From positions 20,365 through 84,364 of the forward strand of contig JAZSQQ010000077.1 of NCBI GenBank assembly GCA_045538055.1: a DNA stretch of 64,000 bases. Direction: 5' to 3'. A program made the position numbers and the translations under genes. This DNA is from Acutalibacteraceae bacterium (GTDB taxonomy: Bacteria; Bacillota; Clostridia; Oscillospirales; Acutalibacteraceae). This document shows, piece after piece, positions 56,435-63,861 of the stretch. The notes beneath the pieces are model-generated. The model saw only the letters and a list, made by a program, of their open reading frames with translations, had not been told where the DNA came from and did no database searches. How positions within the stretch are numbered: position 1 is the stretch's first letter; each line of letters opens with the position of its first letter.

Positions 56435-56788
56435 TTAAGCGTAAATCAATTCTCTGTTCACAACTTCGGTTGCACGTTGGTGGATGTTATTCATTCGCTC
56501 AACCCATTCGAGCTGATTGTTTTCTTTGAGCTCCTCGGTCACGTTTTCTGCTTTTGCGATTTGTGTTACGAGTGTATCGAAAAGTTCTCCTGCCTGCTTG
56601 TCAATCTCTGCGAGATGACTCCATAGTTTACCTGCCGAGAAGAGCTGAGTGAAAAGCACCTGTTTGTTTTTCTGCAGATATAAACCGTGGGCTCGTCCCC
56701 ATTTACCGAGTCTGATTTCCTTCGCTTCGGTTGGTAAGGTGAGATTCGGGATTTTATAATCTCCGACCTGTCTGTAAGTGATGTTCAT
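56435..56788 (-). CDS. tnpV: TnpV-family protein
   Basis: 117 aa. MNITYRQVGDYKIPNLTLP...WGRAHGLYLQKNK...LAEIDKQA...EWVERMNNIHQRATEVVNRELIYA matches the TnpV pattern known from clostridial transposons. Confidence 0.7.
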   Translation of the reverse strand: MNITYRQVGDYKIPNLTLPTEAKEIRLGKWGRAHGLYLQKNKQVLFTQLFSAGKLWSHLAEIDKQAGELFDTLVTQIAKAENVTEELKENNQLEWVERMNNIHQRATEVVNRELIYA

Positions 56789-56800
56789 AATTTTCTCCTT

Positions 56801-57067
56801 TCATTTTACAAATACATCGTGTGTGAATTTTGCTCCGAGTCTGAATCCTGAAATAAAACTGTCGGCAATACTTATGCTGAGAAATTCATTGTATGAATTT
56901 GTGTATTGCTGAAACATTTTCTTTTCTTCTTCGGATAGCTTTTCTCTGAACTCATCTTCGTTTTTTACGAGTGAGTTCAGTTCCTTTTTAAGGGAAGAGC
57001 CGAGCTCAGAACTGAGTTCCTGCGGCTCTATGTTGCCGTAATAAAATTCTTCAATAAAGCTTTTCAT
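56801..57067 (-). CDS. Small hypothetical protein in the mobile-element backbone
   Basis: 88-aa ORF tightly packed between mob and tnpV. Confidence 0.5.
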   Translation of the reverse strand: MKSFIEEFYYGNIEPQELSSELGSSLKKELNSLVKNEDEFREKLSEEEKKMFQQYTNSYNEFLSISIADSFISGFRLGAKFTHDVFVK

Positions 57068-57073
57068 ACCGAC

Positions 57074-58267
57074 CTACCTTTCTTCTCTGTCTTTGTGTCT
57101 TTGCCTTGGTGTGGGTTTTGTTCTGAACGGTTTTTTGTAACGTGCCTGACGATTGTTCCATTCTATTTCCTTTGCTTGTGAAACAAGTGTGTTTATCTGC
57201 TCATCTCCGAAAATTTTGCGAAGCAGTTTGTGGTCCTGAACCTCTCTGTTGAGTTCATCGTTGCGGGATAACAGTGAACGATTTTCTTTTCTTAATCTTT
57301 CTGTTCGCTCTTCTGCAAGTCTTTCGTAATACTTTCGGTCTTTTACTCTGTCCTGAAGATGAATACAAAGCAGTACCGCAGCTTTCGCAATTCCGATAAT
57401 TTTTTTGAAAAGCGGTTCAACAATTTTTGTTTTGTAAGCCTTTGCAGTCATAAGGGGAGAGGGATCCGGCAATTTGAATTCTTCCTCTTCATCAAAATTC
57501 CTGTGTATTACGTCAATATCAATTTCAAATTGAGTCAGACTTTCTACCTGTTCTCTGAGCAGGTCAACTTTTATATTCAGTTCCTGTGCTTCGTCTGTGA
57601 GCTTTTCGACTTCCTCGGAACGCATTTTCTTTTCGTAATCATAAACCGATAAGTGTTTTTCGTGAGTGCCTTTGTGCTCCCATTCGATACCGTAACGCTC
57701 CATAACTTTTGAAAGCTCTTCCTTTTCTGACTCAACCCAAAGGCTCCATTCGGTTTCGTGTTTTGAACTTCCGACAAAACCCTGATTCGCTAAAGCTTGT
57801 TTAAGAGATACCCTTGTGTCAAGTCCGCGATTGCTTTTTGTTGTGAATGGTACAAAGTCAATGTGCAGATGCGGCGTCGCTTCATCCATATGAAGGTGAG
57901 CAGAGAAAACTTTCAGGTACGGATTGCGTTTCTGAAAATCCTGATAATACTCATCAAGTATTTTTTCAGCGAGTTCACCGTCGGAAGTTTTTGCATTCAT
58001 GTTGTCACAGTTACCGACCTGAATTATGATTTCGTGAAAAGTTTTTTCCTGTCTGCCTGAACGGATTTTCTCATAGTAGTTTTCAATTTTTCTGTCAGCA
58101 CGTTTTTGCTTTTGGTTATATCTTCCGAGTGCATCGTCGAATAGCTCGTGATACACATCTTTGATTTTCTCATTGCAGTATTCGGTGTTCAGATGAGTTC
58201 TTTCGGGATCTGTGTTTTTTGCATTGAACTCACGGCTGTTATGATTGACCGAACCTTTTCCGACCAT
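57074..58267 (-). CDS. mob: MobV-family (Mob_Pre) relaxase
   Basis: 397 aa. HLHMDEATPHLHIDFVPF (the HxDE...PHxH motif) with a coiled-coil C-terminal half. Confidence 0.85.
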   Translation of the reverse strand: MVGKGSVNHNSREFNAKNTDPERTHLNTEYCNEKIKDVYHELFDDALGRYNQKQKRADRKIENYYEKIRSGRQEKTFHEIIIQVGNCDNMNAKTSDGELAEKILDEYYQDFQKRNPYLKVFSAHLHMDEATPHLHIDFVPFTTKSNRGLDTRVSLKQALANQGFVGSSKHETEWSLWVESEKEELSKVMERYGIEWEHKGTHEKHLSVYDYEKKMRSEEVEKLTDEAQELNIKVDLLREQVESLTQFEIDIDVIHRNFDEEEEFKLPDPSPLMTAKAYKTKIVEPLFKKIIGIAKAAVLLCIHLQDRVKDRKYYERLAEERTERLRKENRSLLSRNDELNREVQDHKLLRKIFGDEQINTLVSQAKEIEWNNRQARYKKPFRTKPTPRQRHKDREER

Positions 58268-58439
58268 AATACTTATTGTCCGTCTTATACAATCACTGTC
58301 CTTCTTCTTTATAATCTACAAACCTTTTTTGTTCTGTTACTCTTGTCAAGAGTAACGCAAAAGCACTTTTGACACACCTTGTATATCAAAAGGTGCTGTT
58401 GCGCTCTCCGAGGGTTCGGAACTGTACACCAAACGGCTG

Positions 58440-58530
58440 TTGATGCACAGTTCCCCGTGTCAACCGTGACGACTGTGACAACCTTGAGAGGGGCCCCTAT
58501 AGGTTGTCACGGTTGACGCGGTTGTCACGC
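58440..58530. other. Candidate oriT: nested palindrome plus GTTGTCAC / GTTGAC repeats upstream of mob
   Basis: GTGACAACCT-TGAG-AGGGGCCCCT-ATA-AGGTTGTCAC. Outer 10-bp arms enclose a 10-bp self-complementary core. Flanked by CGTGTCAACCGTGAC and GGTTGACGCGGTTGTCACGC. Confidence 0.5.
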
Positions 58531-59667
58531 TTGCAGTACGAATTTTATTCTTCTGCCTGCGTGAGTGCGTCTGCTTTCGTAGAGAATGTTGTACTCATTA
58601 AGCAGTCGCCCGGCGGTGACATTAAGCTTCATTCCTAACTGAATGGGCGTAATGTCCATTGGTAAAAAATCTCTGAAGTCGGAAATACTTCCCTCCCAAT
58701 CAGGATTTTCTACTGTGATTTTTTCTGCAATAACTTCGAGCAAAGGGTCGGGTTTTTCTTTCCAAAGTTCAGTTTCAACTTTATCAAGTTCCCATATAAG
58801 CCGCTCTTCGTTTCTTACAAGGAAAAGTTTTTGGTCAGGTTGGTCTCTTCCTGAGACAGCAAGTGTTGCAGTTTTTGCAGTTCGCTTTTCTTTATACATA
58901 ACAAATGCTCCGTCAGCTGCACCGAATAAACCGTGAGTACCTGATATCATTGCGAAGATATCTTCTGCTTTTTCTTTTCTTGTGTGATGAACAAGCAGAA
59001 AACAAATTCCGTATTTGTCCGAAAAACTTTTGAGCTTGGATGCAACATCATAATCATTTGCATAAGAACATGTTTCGGATAAGTCCTCTCTGACTTTTTG
59101 CAAAGTGTCAATAATGATAAGACTTGTATCAGGATTGTTACATAAAAACTTTTCAAGTTGGTCAAAGAGTCCGTTACTTAAGTTCTTTGCCGAAATAGAG
59201 AAAAGCAATTTATCTGTTCCGTCAGTTCCGAACATTCGGTAAAGTCTTTTCTGCAGTCTTGCATAATCATCTTCGAGTGCAAGATAAAGCACCTTACCTT
59301 GTCGTACTTCGTTTCCCCATAACGGTTTACCTGTGCTGATATGATAAGCAAGCTGTGCCATTAAAAAACTTTTTCCCACCTTAGGGGCACCTACGAAAAG
59401 GTAGGTGCCGGGAAGAAGAAGGTCGTCAATGATCGGAGGTTTGCCGAGATAAGCTGAATCATAAAGTTGATTCATTGTTACCGTTTCCATATATGACGGG
59501 TCAAGACTCTTATGGATTTCTCTTTGCATCTCTTCGATTTTTTCTTTATAGCTATTGATGTTTGTTTTACTTTCGGGTATACTATTGTCAGTGTTTTGAT
59601 TTGACTGTCCGTCATCTGCGCCAACAGATGAGAAGAGGACGGTCATTTCTTTTTTTATTTCATTCAT
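58525..59667 (-). CDS. AAA_25/RepA-like P-loop ATPase (element replication or primase-helicase-type protein)
   Basis: 380 aa. Walker A FVGAPKVGKSF, Walker B-like LIIIDTLQK, and YLALEDD. Confidence 0.7.
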   Translation of the reverse strand: MNEIKKEMTVLFSSVGADDGQSNQNTDNSIPESKTNINSYKEKIEEMQREIHKSLDPSYMETVTMNQLYDSAYLGKPPIIDDLLLPGTYLFVGAPKVGKSFLMAQLAYHISTGKPLWGNEVRQGKVLYLALEDDYARLQKRLYRMFGTDGTDKLLFSISAKNLSNGLFDQLEKFLCNNPDTSLIIIDTLQKVREDLSETCSYANDYDVASKLKSFSDKYGICFLLVHHTRKEKAEDIFAMISGTHGLFGAADGAFVMYKEKRTAKTATLAVSGRDQPDQKLFLVRNEERLIWELDKVETELWKEKPDPLLEVIAEKITVENPDWEGSISDFRDFLPMDITPIQLGMKLNVTAGRLLNEYNILYESRRTHAGRRIKFVLQA

Positions 59668-59983
59668 TTAATTCTCCTTTCATTTCGCGAAGTGTCTCGG
59701 TGATGAGCCTGATAATCTCAAGCATCTCATCGGACACTTCGTTTTTGTTTTTTAATTCAGTGAGTATATCTGCAAGATTGTTTTTCAAAGCCTTGAACAC
59801 TTTCGGGTTACCGCCGTGAACTACAATGTCTTGCTTCATACAACGGCGGTAGCAATATTCCTGTTTGCTGAGTCCCGATATCGCAACGACTCTGTTTATC
59901 TGTTCGTTCTCTTCGGGTGAGACTCTGAATCCGACAGTTATACTGCGGAAGCGGTTGTGCCGATCTAAATTTTTTGCTGACAT
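59660..59983 (-). CDS. MobC-like ribbon-helix-helix relaxosome accessory protein (element B)
   Basis: The start is set at MSAKNLDRHNRFRSITVGFRVSPEE by analogy with 28770-29096. The 158-aa ORF-track version runs into int. Confidence 0.65.
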   Translation of the reverse strand: MSAKNLDRHNRFRSITVGFRVSPEENEQINRVVAISGLSKQEYCYRRCMKQDIVVHGGNPKVFKALKNNLADILTELKNKNEVSDEMLEIIRLITETLREMKGELNE

Positions 59984-59984
59984 T

Positions 59985-61052
59985 TTATTCACGCTCCAGG
60001 CTGAGTTTTTGTGCAATCTCCGTTTGCTTTGACGGGAACAGGTGAGCATAGCGGTAAGTGATGTCGATGCTTTCGTGACCGACTCTGTCCGCAATCGCAA
60101 GTGCAGGCAATCCGATATCGATGAGAAGTGACACATGCGAATGTCTCAGATCGTGAATACGGATTTTCTTCACTCCCGTTTCGGCACAGCCTCTTCGCAT
60201 CTCGCGATGAAGATAACCTTTGGTTATGAGAAAAATTCTGTCATCCTTTTTCGGCTTGTAAAACCCGCTGAAGTATCTTTGCATTTCATCACAGATGAAG
60301 TCAGGCATTGTGACTGTGCGTATGCTCTTTTTTGTTTTCGGGTCAGTAATAACATCACGTCCGTCGATACGCTGATATGACTTGTTGATTCGCACGGTCT
60401 GATTTTCAAAATCAAAATCACCGATAGTCAGTGCGAGCAACTCACCGAGACGGATGCCGCACCAATAGAGCATTTCAAATGCGAAGAAAGATACAGGCTT
60501 GTCCATCATTGCTTCTGAAAACTTAAGATATTCTGCCTTTGTCCAGAAAAGCATTTCGCGGTGTTTTTCTCTGCCCATATTACCTGCCTTTGCTGCAGGG
60601 TTTGATGGTAGATCGTAATATCTCACTGCGTGATTGAAAATTGCACTGAGCTGATTGTGAATTGTTTTAAGATAACCGGGCGAATACGGTTGGTCATTTT
60701 CATCGCGGTAGCACATCAGCTCCTTCTGCCACGCGATGACATCGGCAACCTTGATTTCACACATCCTCTTCAGACGGAAGTAGGGGAGTATTTTTGTTTC
60801 AATAACATTTGCTTTCATAATCCACGTGCTTTCCCTGAGCTTAATCTCAAGGTCACTTTTGTAGACGTCATAAAACTCTGCAAAGGTCATTGTCAGATCG
60901 CCTGTGTGCTTGTTGATGAATGTGGTCTCCCACGCTATTGCATCACGGCGTGTTTTGAAACCGCGTTTGAGCTTTCGGTCATTTTCGCCTTTCCAGTTCG
61001 TGAAGTAGACCGAAACATACCACGTACCGTTTTTGTCTTTGTAAGCTGGCAT
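59985..61052 (-). CDS. int: Tyrosine site-specific integrase (element B)
   Basis: 355 aa. MPAYKDKNGTWYVSVYFTNWKGE (arm-binding-type N-terminus). HDLRHSHVSLL...GHESIDITYRYAHL. A paralog of the integrase at 29086-30177. Confidence 0.9.
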   Translation of the reverse strand: MPAYKDKNGTWYVSVYFTNWKGENDRKLKRGFKTRRDAIAWETTFINKHTGDLTMTFAEFYDVYKSDLEIKLRESTWIMKANVIETKILPYFRLKRMCEIKVADVIAWQKELMCYRDENDQPYSPGYLKTIHNQLSAIFNHAVRYYDLPSNPAAKAGNMGREKHREMLFWTKAEYLKFSEAMMDKPVSFFAFEMLYWCGIRLGELLALTIGDFDFENQTVRINKSYQRIDGRDVITDPKTKKSIRTVTMPDFICDEMQRYFSGFYKPKKDDRIFLITKGYLHREMRRGCAETGVKKIRIHDLRHSHVSLLIDIGLPALAIADRVGHESIDITYRYAHLFPSKQTEIAQKLSLERE

Positions 61053-61069
61053 TTAATTTCTCCTTTCTT

Positions 61070-61252
61070 TTAATTTGCCGACATACCGTAAATCTGCTCT
61101 GAAAGATAACGACGGCTTACTTTGCCCTTGAATACATAGTATCCCTTGGCTTCAAGTTCCTTGTTAAACTGCTCGATAATCTGATAAGCAAGAGTCAGGG
61201 AGATACCGAGCTCTTCGCTTACCTGCTTTGCTGTCATAAGAACGCTTGGCAT
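61070..61252 (-). CDS. xis: Excisionase-type small HTH protein (element B)
   Basis: Start at the ATG at 61252 after an AAAGGAGGA RBS. MPSVLMTAKQVSEELGISLTLAYQIIEQFN. Confidence 0.7.
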   Translation of the reverse strand: MPSVLMTAKQVSEELGISLTLAYQIIEQFNKELEAKGYYVFKGKVSRRYLSEQIYGMSAN

Positions 61253-61825
61253 AAGCTTTTCCTCCTTTCCTGTAAAATTTATTACAAGTCGGTTGCCCGA
61301 CGTGAAATACGAAGAAACCCCTTCACTTATTAACGGACATTTTTTAGTCAAAACAGGACCCCTTTTTTTGAAAAAATTTTTTACCCTCTATTATGTACGC
61401 ACTGGGAGAGACCAAATTCGGCATCATTTTCCAAAAAGTTCACAAAAATTTCAAAAAAGTCCTTGAAAAACCCCTCTATTTACTTATTGCTGTCTTTTTT
61501 CAGAATTTATAACCAAAAATTTGATTTTGCTGAAAAATGCTTTTATTTTACCTATCTACTTATCTGTTGCTGACTGTTTTGAAAATTTATAACTAAAACT
61601 TTAAAAATTTATTTCAGAGGAAAAATACGATCGGATTTACAGTATCACTCTTCTGATTTTGGACATAAAAAATACCCCTCTCGGATGAACTAAGTGTTCA
61701 AACGAGAGAGGTTATCTCTGTATGATTTTATTGTGAACAAGCCGTATTCAGTATCATTTGAGTATCAGACGGCTTTCCCGAAGTCCTGAAACCCTTGATA
61801 AATAAGGACTTTTTCGCTTCGGTTA

Positions 61826-61837
61826 TTATTCCCACTC
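61826..61837. repeat. att core copy 3, which is the authentic guaA 3' terminus
   Basis: TTATTCCCACTC encodes ...E-W-E-stop on the minus strand. Confidence 0.8.
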
Positions 61838-62827
61838 GATTGTGCCTGTCGGCTTGGGAGTGAGGTCGAAGAGGACACGGTTGATGCCTTCAACTTCGTT
61901 TGTGATTCTTGCTGTGATCTTATGAAGAACAGGGTAGGGGATTTCTTCGATTGTAGCTGTCATGGCATCCTTTGTGTTGACTGCGCGGATGATTGCCGGC
62001 CAACCTTCGTAGCGGCTTTCGTCCTTGACACCGACACTCTTGATATCAGGCACAGCGATGAAATACTGCCATACTTTTTCAGCAAGTCCGCAGTTGTCAA
62101 ATTCCTCGCGGAGAATTGCATCTGCTTCGCGGAGAGCGTGAAGTCTGTCACGTGTGATTGCACCAAGGCAACGTACGCCGAGTCCGGGACCCGGGAACGG
62201 CTGACGGTAAACCATAGCGTGAGGAAGACCGAGAGCTTCACCGACAACTCTTACTTCGTCCTTGAAGAGGAGCTTGATCGGCTCAACGAGCTGCAATTCC
62301 ATTTCTTCGGGAAGGCCGCCTACGTTGTGGTGAGATTTTACTGCTTTCTTGCCCTCTGCCTGCTTGATGCTTTCAAGGATGTCAGGGTAAATTGTACCCT
62401 GAGCGAGGAATGAAATGCCGTCAAGCTTTGCAGCTTCTTCGTCGAAAACCTTGATAAATTCTGCACCGATGATTTTTCTTTTGCTTTCAGGGTCGCTTAC
62501 ACCTGCAAGAAGGTCAAGGAAACGGTCTGTTGCATCAACATAGATGAGGTTTGCGTCGAGCTGATTTTGGAAAACTTCGATAACGTTTTCGCTTTCGCCC
62601 TTACGCATAAGTCCGTGGTTAACGTGAACGCATACGAGCTGCTTGCCGATTGCCTTAATGAGCAATGCTGCAACGACTGATGAGTCAACACCGCCTGAGA
62701 GAGCGAGAAGAACTTTCTTGTCGCCTACCTGCTCCTGAACGGCTTTTACCTGCTCATCGATGAATGCATTTGCAAGCTCAAGATTGGTGATTCTTTCCAT
62801 TGATTCGGGTCTTTTGTTCTGATCCAT
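61826..62827 (-). CDS. guaA: GMP synthase, ATP-pyrophosphatase and dimerisation domains only (no glutamine amidotransferase domain)
   Basis: LALSGGVDSSVVAALL (PP-loop), VCVHVNHGLMRKGE, HHNVGGLP, C-terminus GTIEWE. Start set at the ATG at 62827, 8 nt after AGGAGG. Confidence 0.9.
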   Translation of the reverse strand: MDQNKRPESMERITNLELANAFIDEQVKAVQEQVGDKKVLLALSGGVDSSVVAALLIKAIGKQLVCVHVNHGLMRKGESENVIEVFQNQLDANLIYVDATDRFLDLLAGVSDPESKRKIIGAEFIKVFDEEAAKLDGISFLAQGTIYPDILESIKQAEGKKAVKSHHNVGGLPEEMELQLVEPIKLLFKDEVRVVGEALGLPHAMVYRQPFPGPGLGVRCLGAITRDRLHALREADAILREEFDNCGLAEKVWQYFIAVPDIKSVGVKDESRYEGWPAIIRAVNTKDAMTATIEEIPYPVLHKITARITNEVEGINRVLFDLTPKPTGTIEWE

Positions 62828-62890
62828 ATTACTGACCTCCTGCATATAGTTTTCGAGAAAATCTCGCAGTTAGTATTTTTAATGTAGAAG

Positions 62891-62919
62891 ATTATATCAC
62901 ATCGTTTTTTGAATATCAA
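62891..62919 (-). promoter_or_regulatory. Consensus-like sigma-A promoter of guaA
   Basis: On the minus strand: TTGATA (62919-62914), 17-nt spacer, TATAAT (62896-62891). Confidence 0.65.
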
Positions 62920-63002
62920 TATTTTATTGAGTAAAATAATGCACTTTTTTGATGCAATTTTTGTTATATTCAAGACAGAAACAATTTTCGTCCATACACT
63001 CA

Positions 63003-63200
63003 TGTAAATTCGGGTTTGTCCATTTCTTGGTTACCACCTTATCCGCCTCGTTCCTCGGCACCTTCTCCTCAAGGAGAAGGCTGAAAAACTACGCAAGTCC
63101 AAGGCTTCCCCTTGAGGGGAAGCTGTCACGAAGTGACTGATGAGGTGTAGGTTGCAACGCAACAGTTATAATAAAACATCCCGACAAACCCGAATTTGCG
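63003..63200. other. Hairpin-rich intergenic element of about 195 bp closed by a 15-bp perfect terminal stem (structured RNA or MITE-like repeat)
   Basis: AAATTCGGGTTTGTC (63006-63020) is the exact reverse complement of GACAAACCCGAATTT (63183-63197). Internal hairpins at 63061-63080 (8 bp), 63104-63123 (8 bp), 63125-63137 (5 bp) and 63151-63163 (5 bp). Confidence 0.6.
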
Positions 63201-63217
63201 CAATTGTTTTTCAGTAC

Positions 63218-63246
63218 TTGACAAGCGGAGAGATTTGAATTATACT
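63218..63246 (+). promoter_or_regulatory. Sigma-A promoter of the GNAT gene
   Basis: TTGACA (63218-63223), 17-nt spacer, TATACT (63241-63246). Confidence 0.65.
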
Positions 63247-63288
63247 ACCTTAAAAGAACAAATGTTCGGGAAAAGGCAGGTTTTAGCG

Positions 63289-63861
63289 ATGGATGTTTAT
63301 GAATCCTATCCGAAATATAACGGACTGCGATATTCACTCAGAATAGTCGAAAGAAGTGACTGTGATGATTTGCTTAAGGTGTATTCGGATATCAAATCAG
63401 TTCCGCTTTTTAACAGCGATAATTGTTACGGCGATGATTTTCACTATACTACAAAAGAAGAGGTTATGAATGCAATCGGTTTCTGGCTTGACAAGTACAA
63501 TCGTAGGGAATTCGTAAGATGGTCTGTTGTTGACAATACAGAAAAAGAGGTTGTCGGTACAATAGAAATGTTTCACCGTGATGCGGACGATGCATTTACA
63601 AATTGCGGATTGCTTCGCCTTGATTTGAGGAGCGACTATGAATTTTCAACCGAAATCATAAAAATTCTCCGTCCGTTGCTGAATGTGGCTTTTTCATGGT
63701 TCGATTGTGATAAAGTCGCTACAAAGGCAATTCCTGCGGCGGATGAGAGGATTAACGCTTTGAAAAGCCTCGGTTTCGGGAAGTCTGACGAAAAGCTTAT
63801 CGGTCACGATGGGACTGAATACGGTGACTATTATGTTTGCCGTAAATCTGTACCAGCATAG
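63289..63861 (+). CDS. GNAT-family N-acetyltransferase (RimJ/RimL-like)
   Basis: Start moved to the ATG at 63289, downstream of the promoter, with an AAAGGCAGG RBS. Pattern LRIVERSDCDDLLKVYSD...VVGTIEMFHRD...KVATKAIPAADERINALKSLGF. Confidence 0.6.
   Translation: MDVYESYPKYNGLRYSLRIVERSDCDDLLKVYSDIKSVPLFNSDNCYGDDFHYTTKEEVMNAIGFWLDKYNRREFVRWSVVDNTEKEVVGTIEMFHRDADDAFTNCGLLRLDLRSDYEFSTEIIKILRPLLNVAFSWFDCDKVATKAIPAADERINALKSLGFGKSDEKLIGHDGTEYGDYYVCRKSVPA

Larger units (their letters stand above)
42968..61837 (-). mobile_element. Integrative mobilizable element B inserted in the 3' end of guaA. Left arm, defence cargo, tnpV/mob/AAA/mobC module, int, xis, right arm
   Basis: Bounded by core copies at 42968 and 61826. 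Encodes a tyrosine integrase, an excisionase, a MobV-type relaxase, a candidate oriT and an AAA_25-like ATPase, but no conjugation (T4SS) genes. Confidence 0.8.

Noticed and set aside
59984-60136. N-terminal extension of the mobC-like ORF (the 158-aa ORF-track version)
   Set aside because: The extension overlaps the 3' end of int in another frame. The paralog at 28770-29096 starts at the equivalent MSAKNLD, so the short form is used.
62828-63002. Purine (guanine) riboswitch expected upstream of guaA
   Set aside because: The leader between the promoter (62891-62919) and the start is only about 60 nt. It lacks the conserved UAUAAU...GGAUAUGG...CCGUAAA elements.
63125-63170. Hammerhead-ribozyme-like CUGAUGAG box following a GTCAC-GAA-GTGAC hairpin
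   Set aside because: There is no downstream GAAA box, and stems II and III cannot be drawn. It looks like a chance match to a 7-mer.
63196-63288. Upstream extension of the GNAT ORF
   Set aside because: It would start inside the structured element and upstream of the TTGACA-17-TATACT promoter. The start was moved to 63289.
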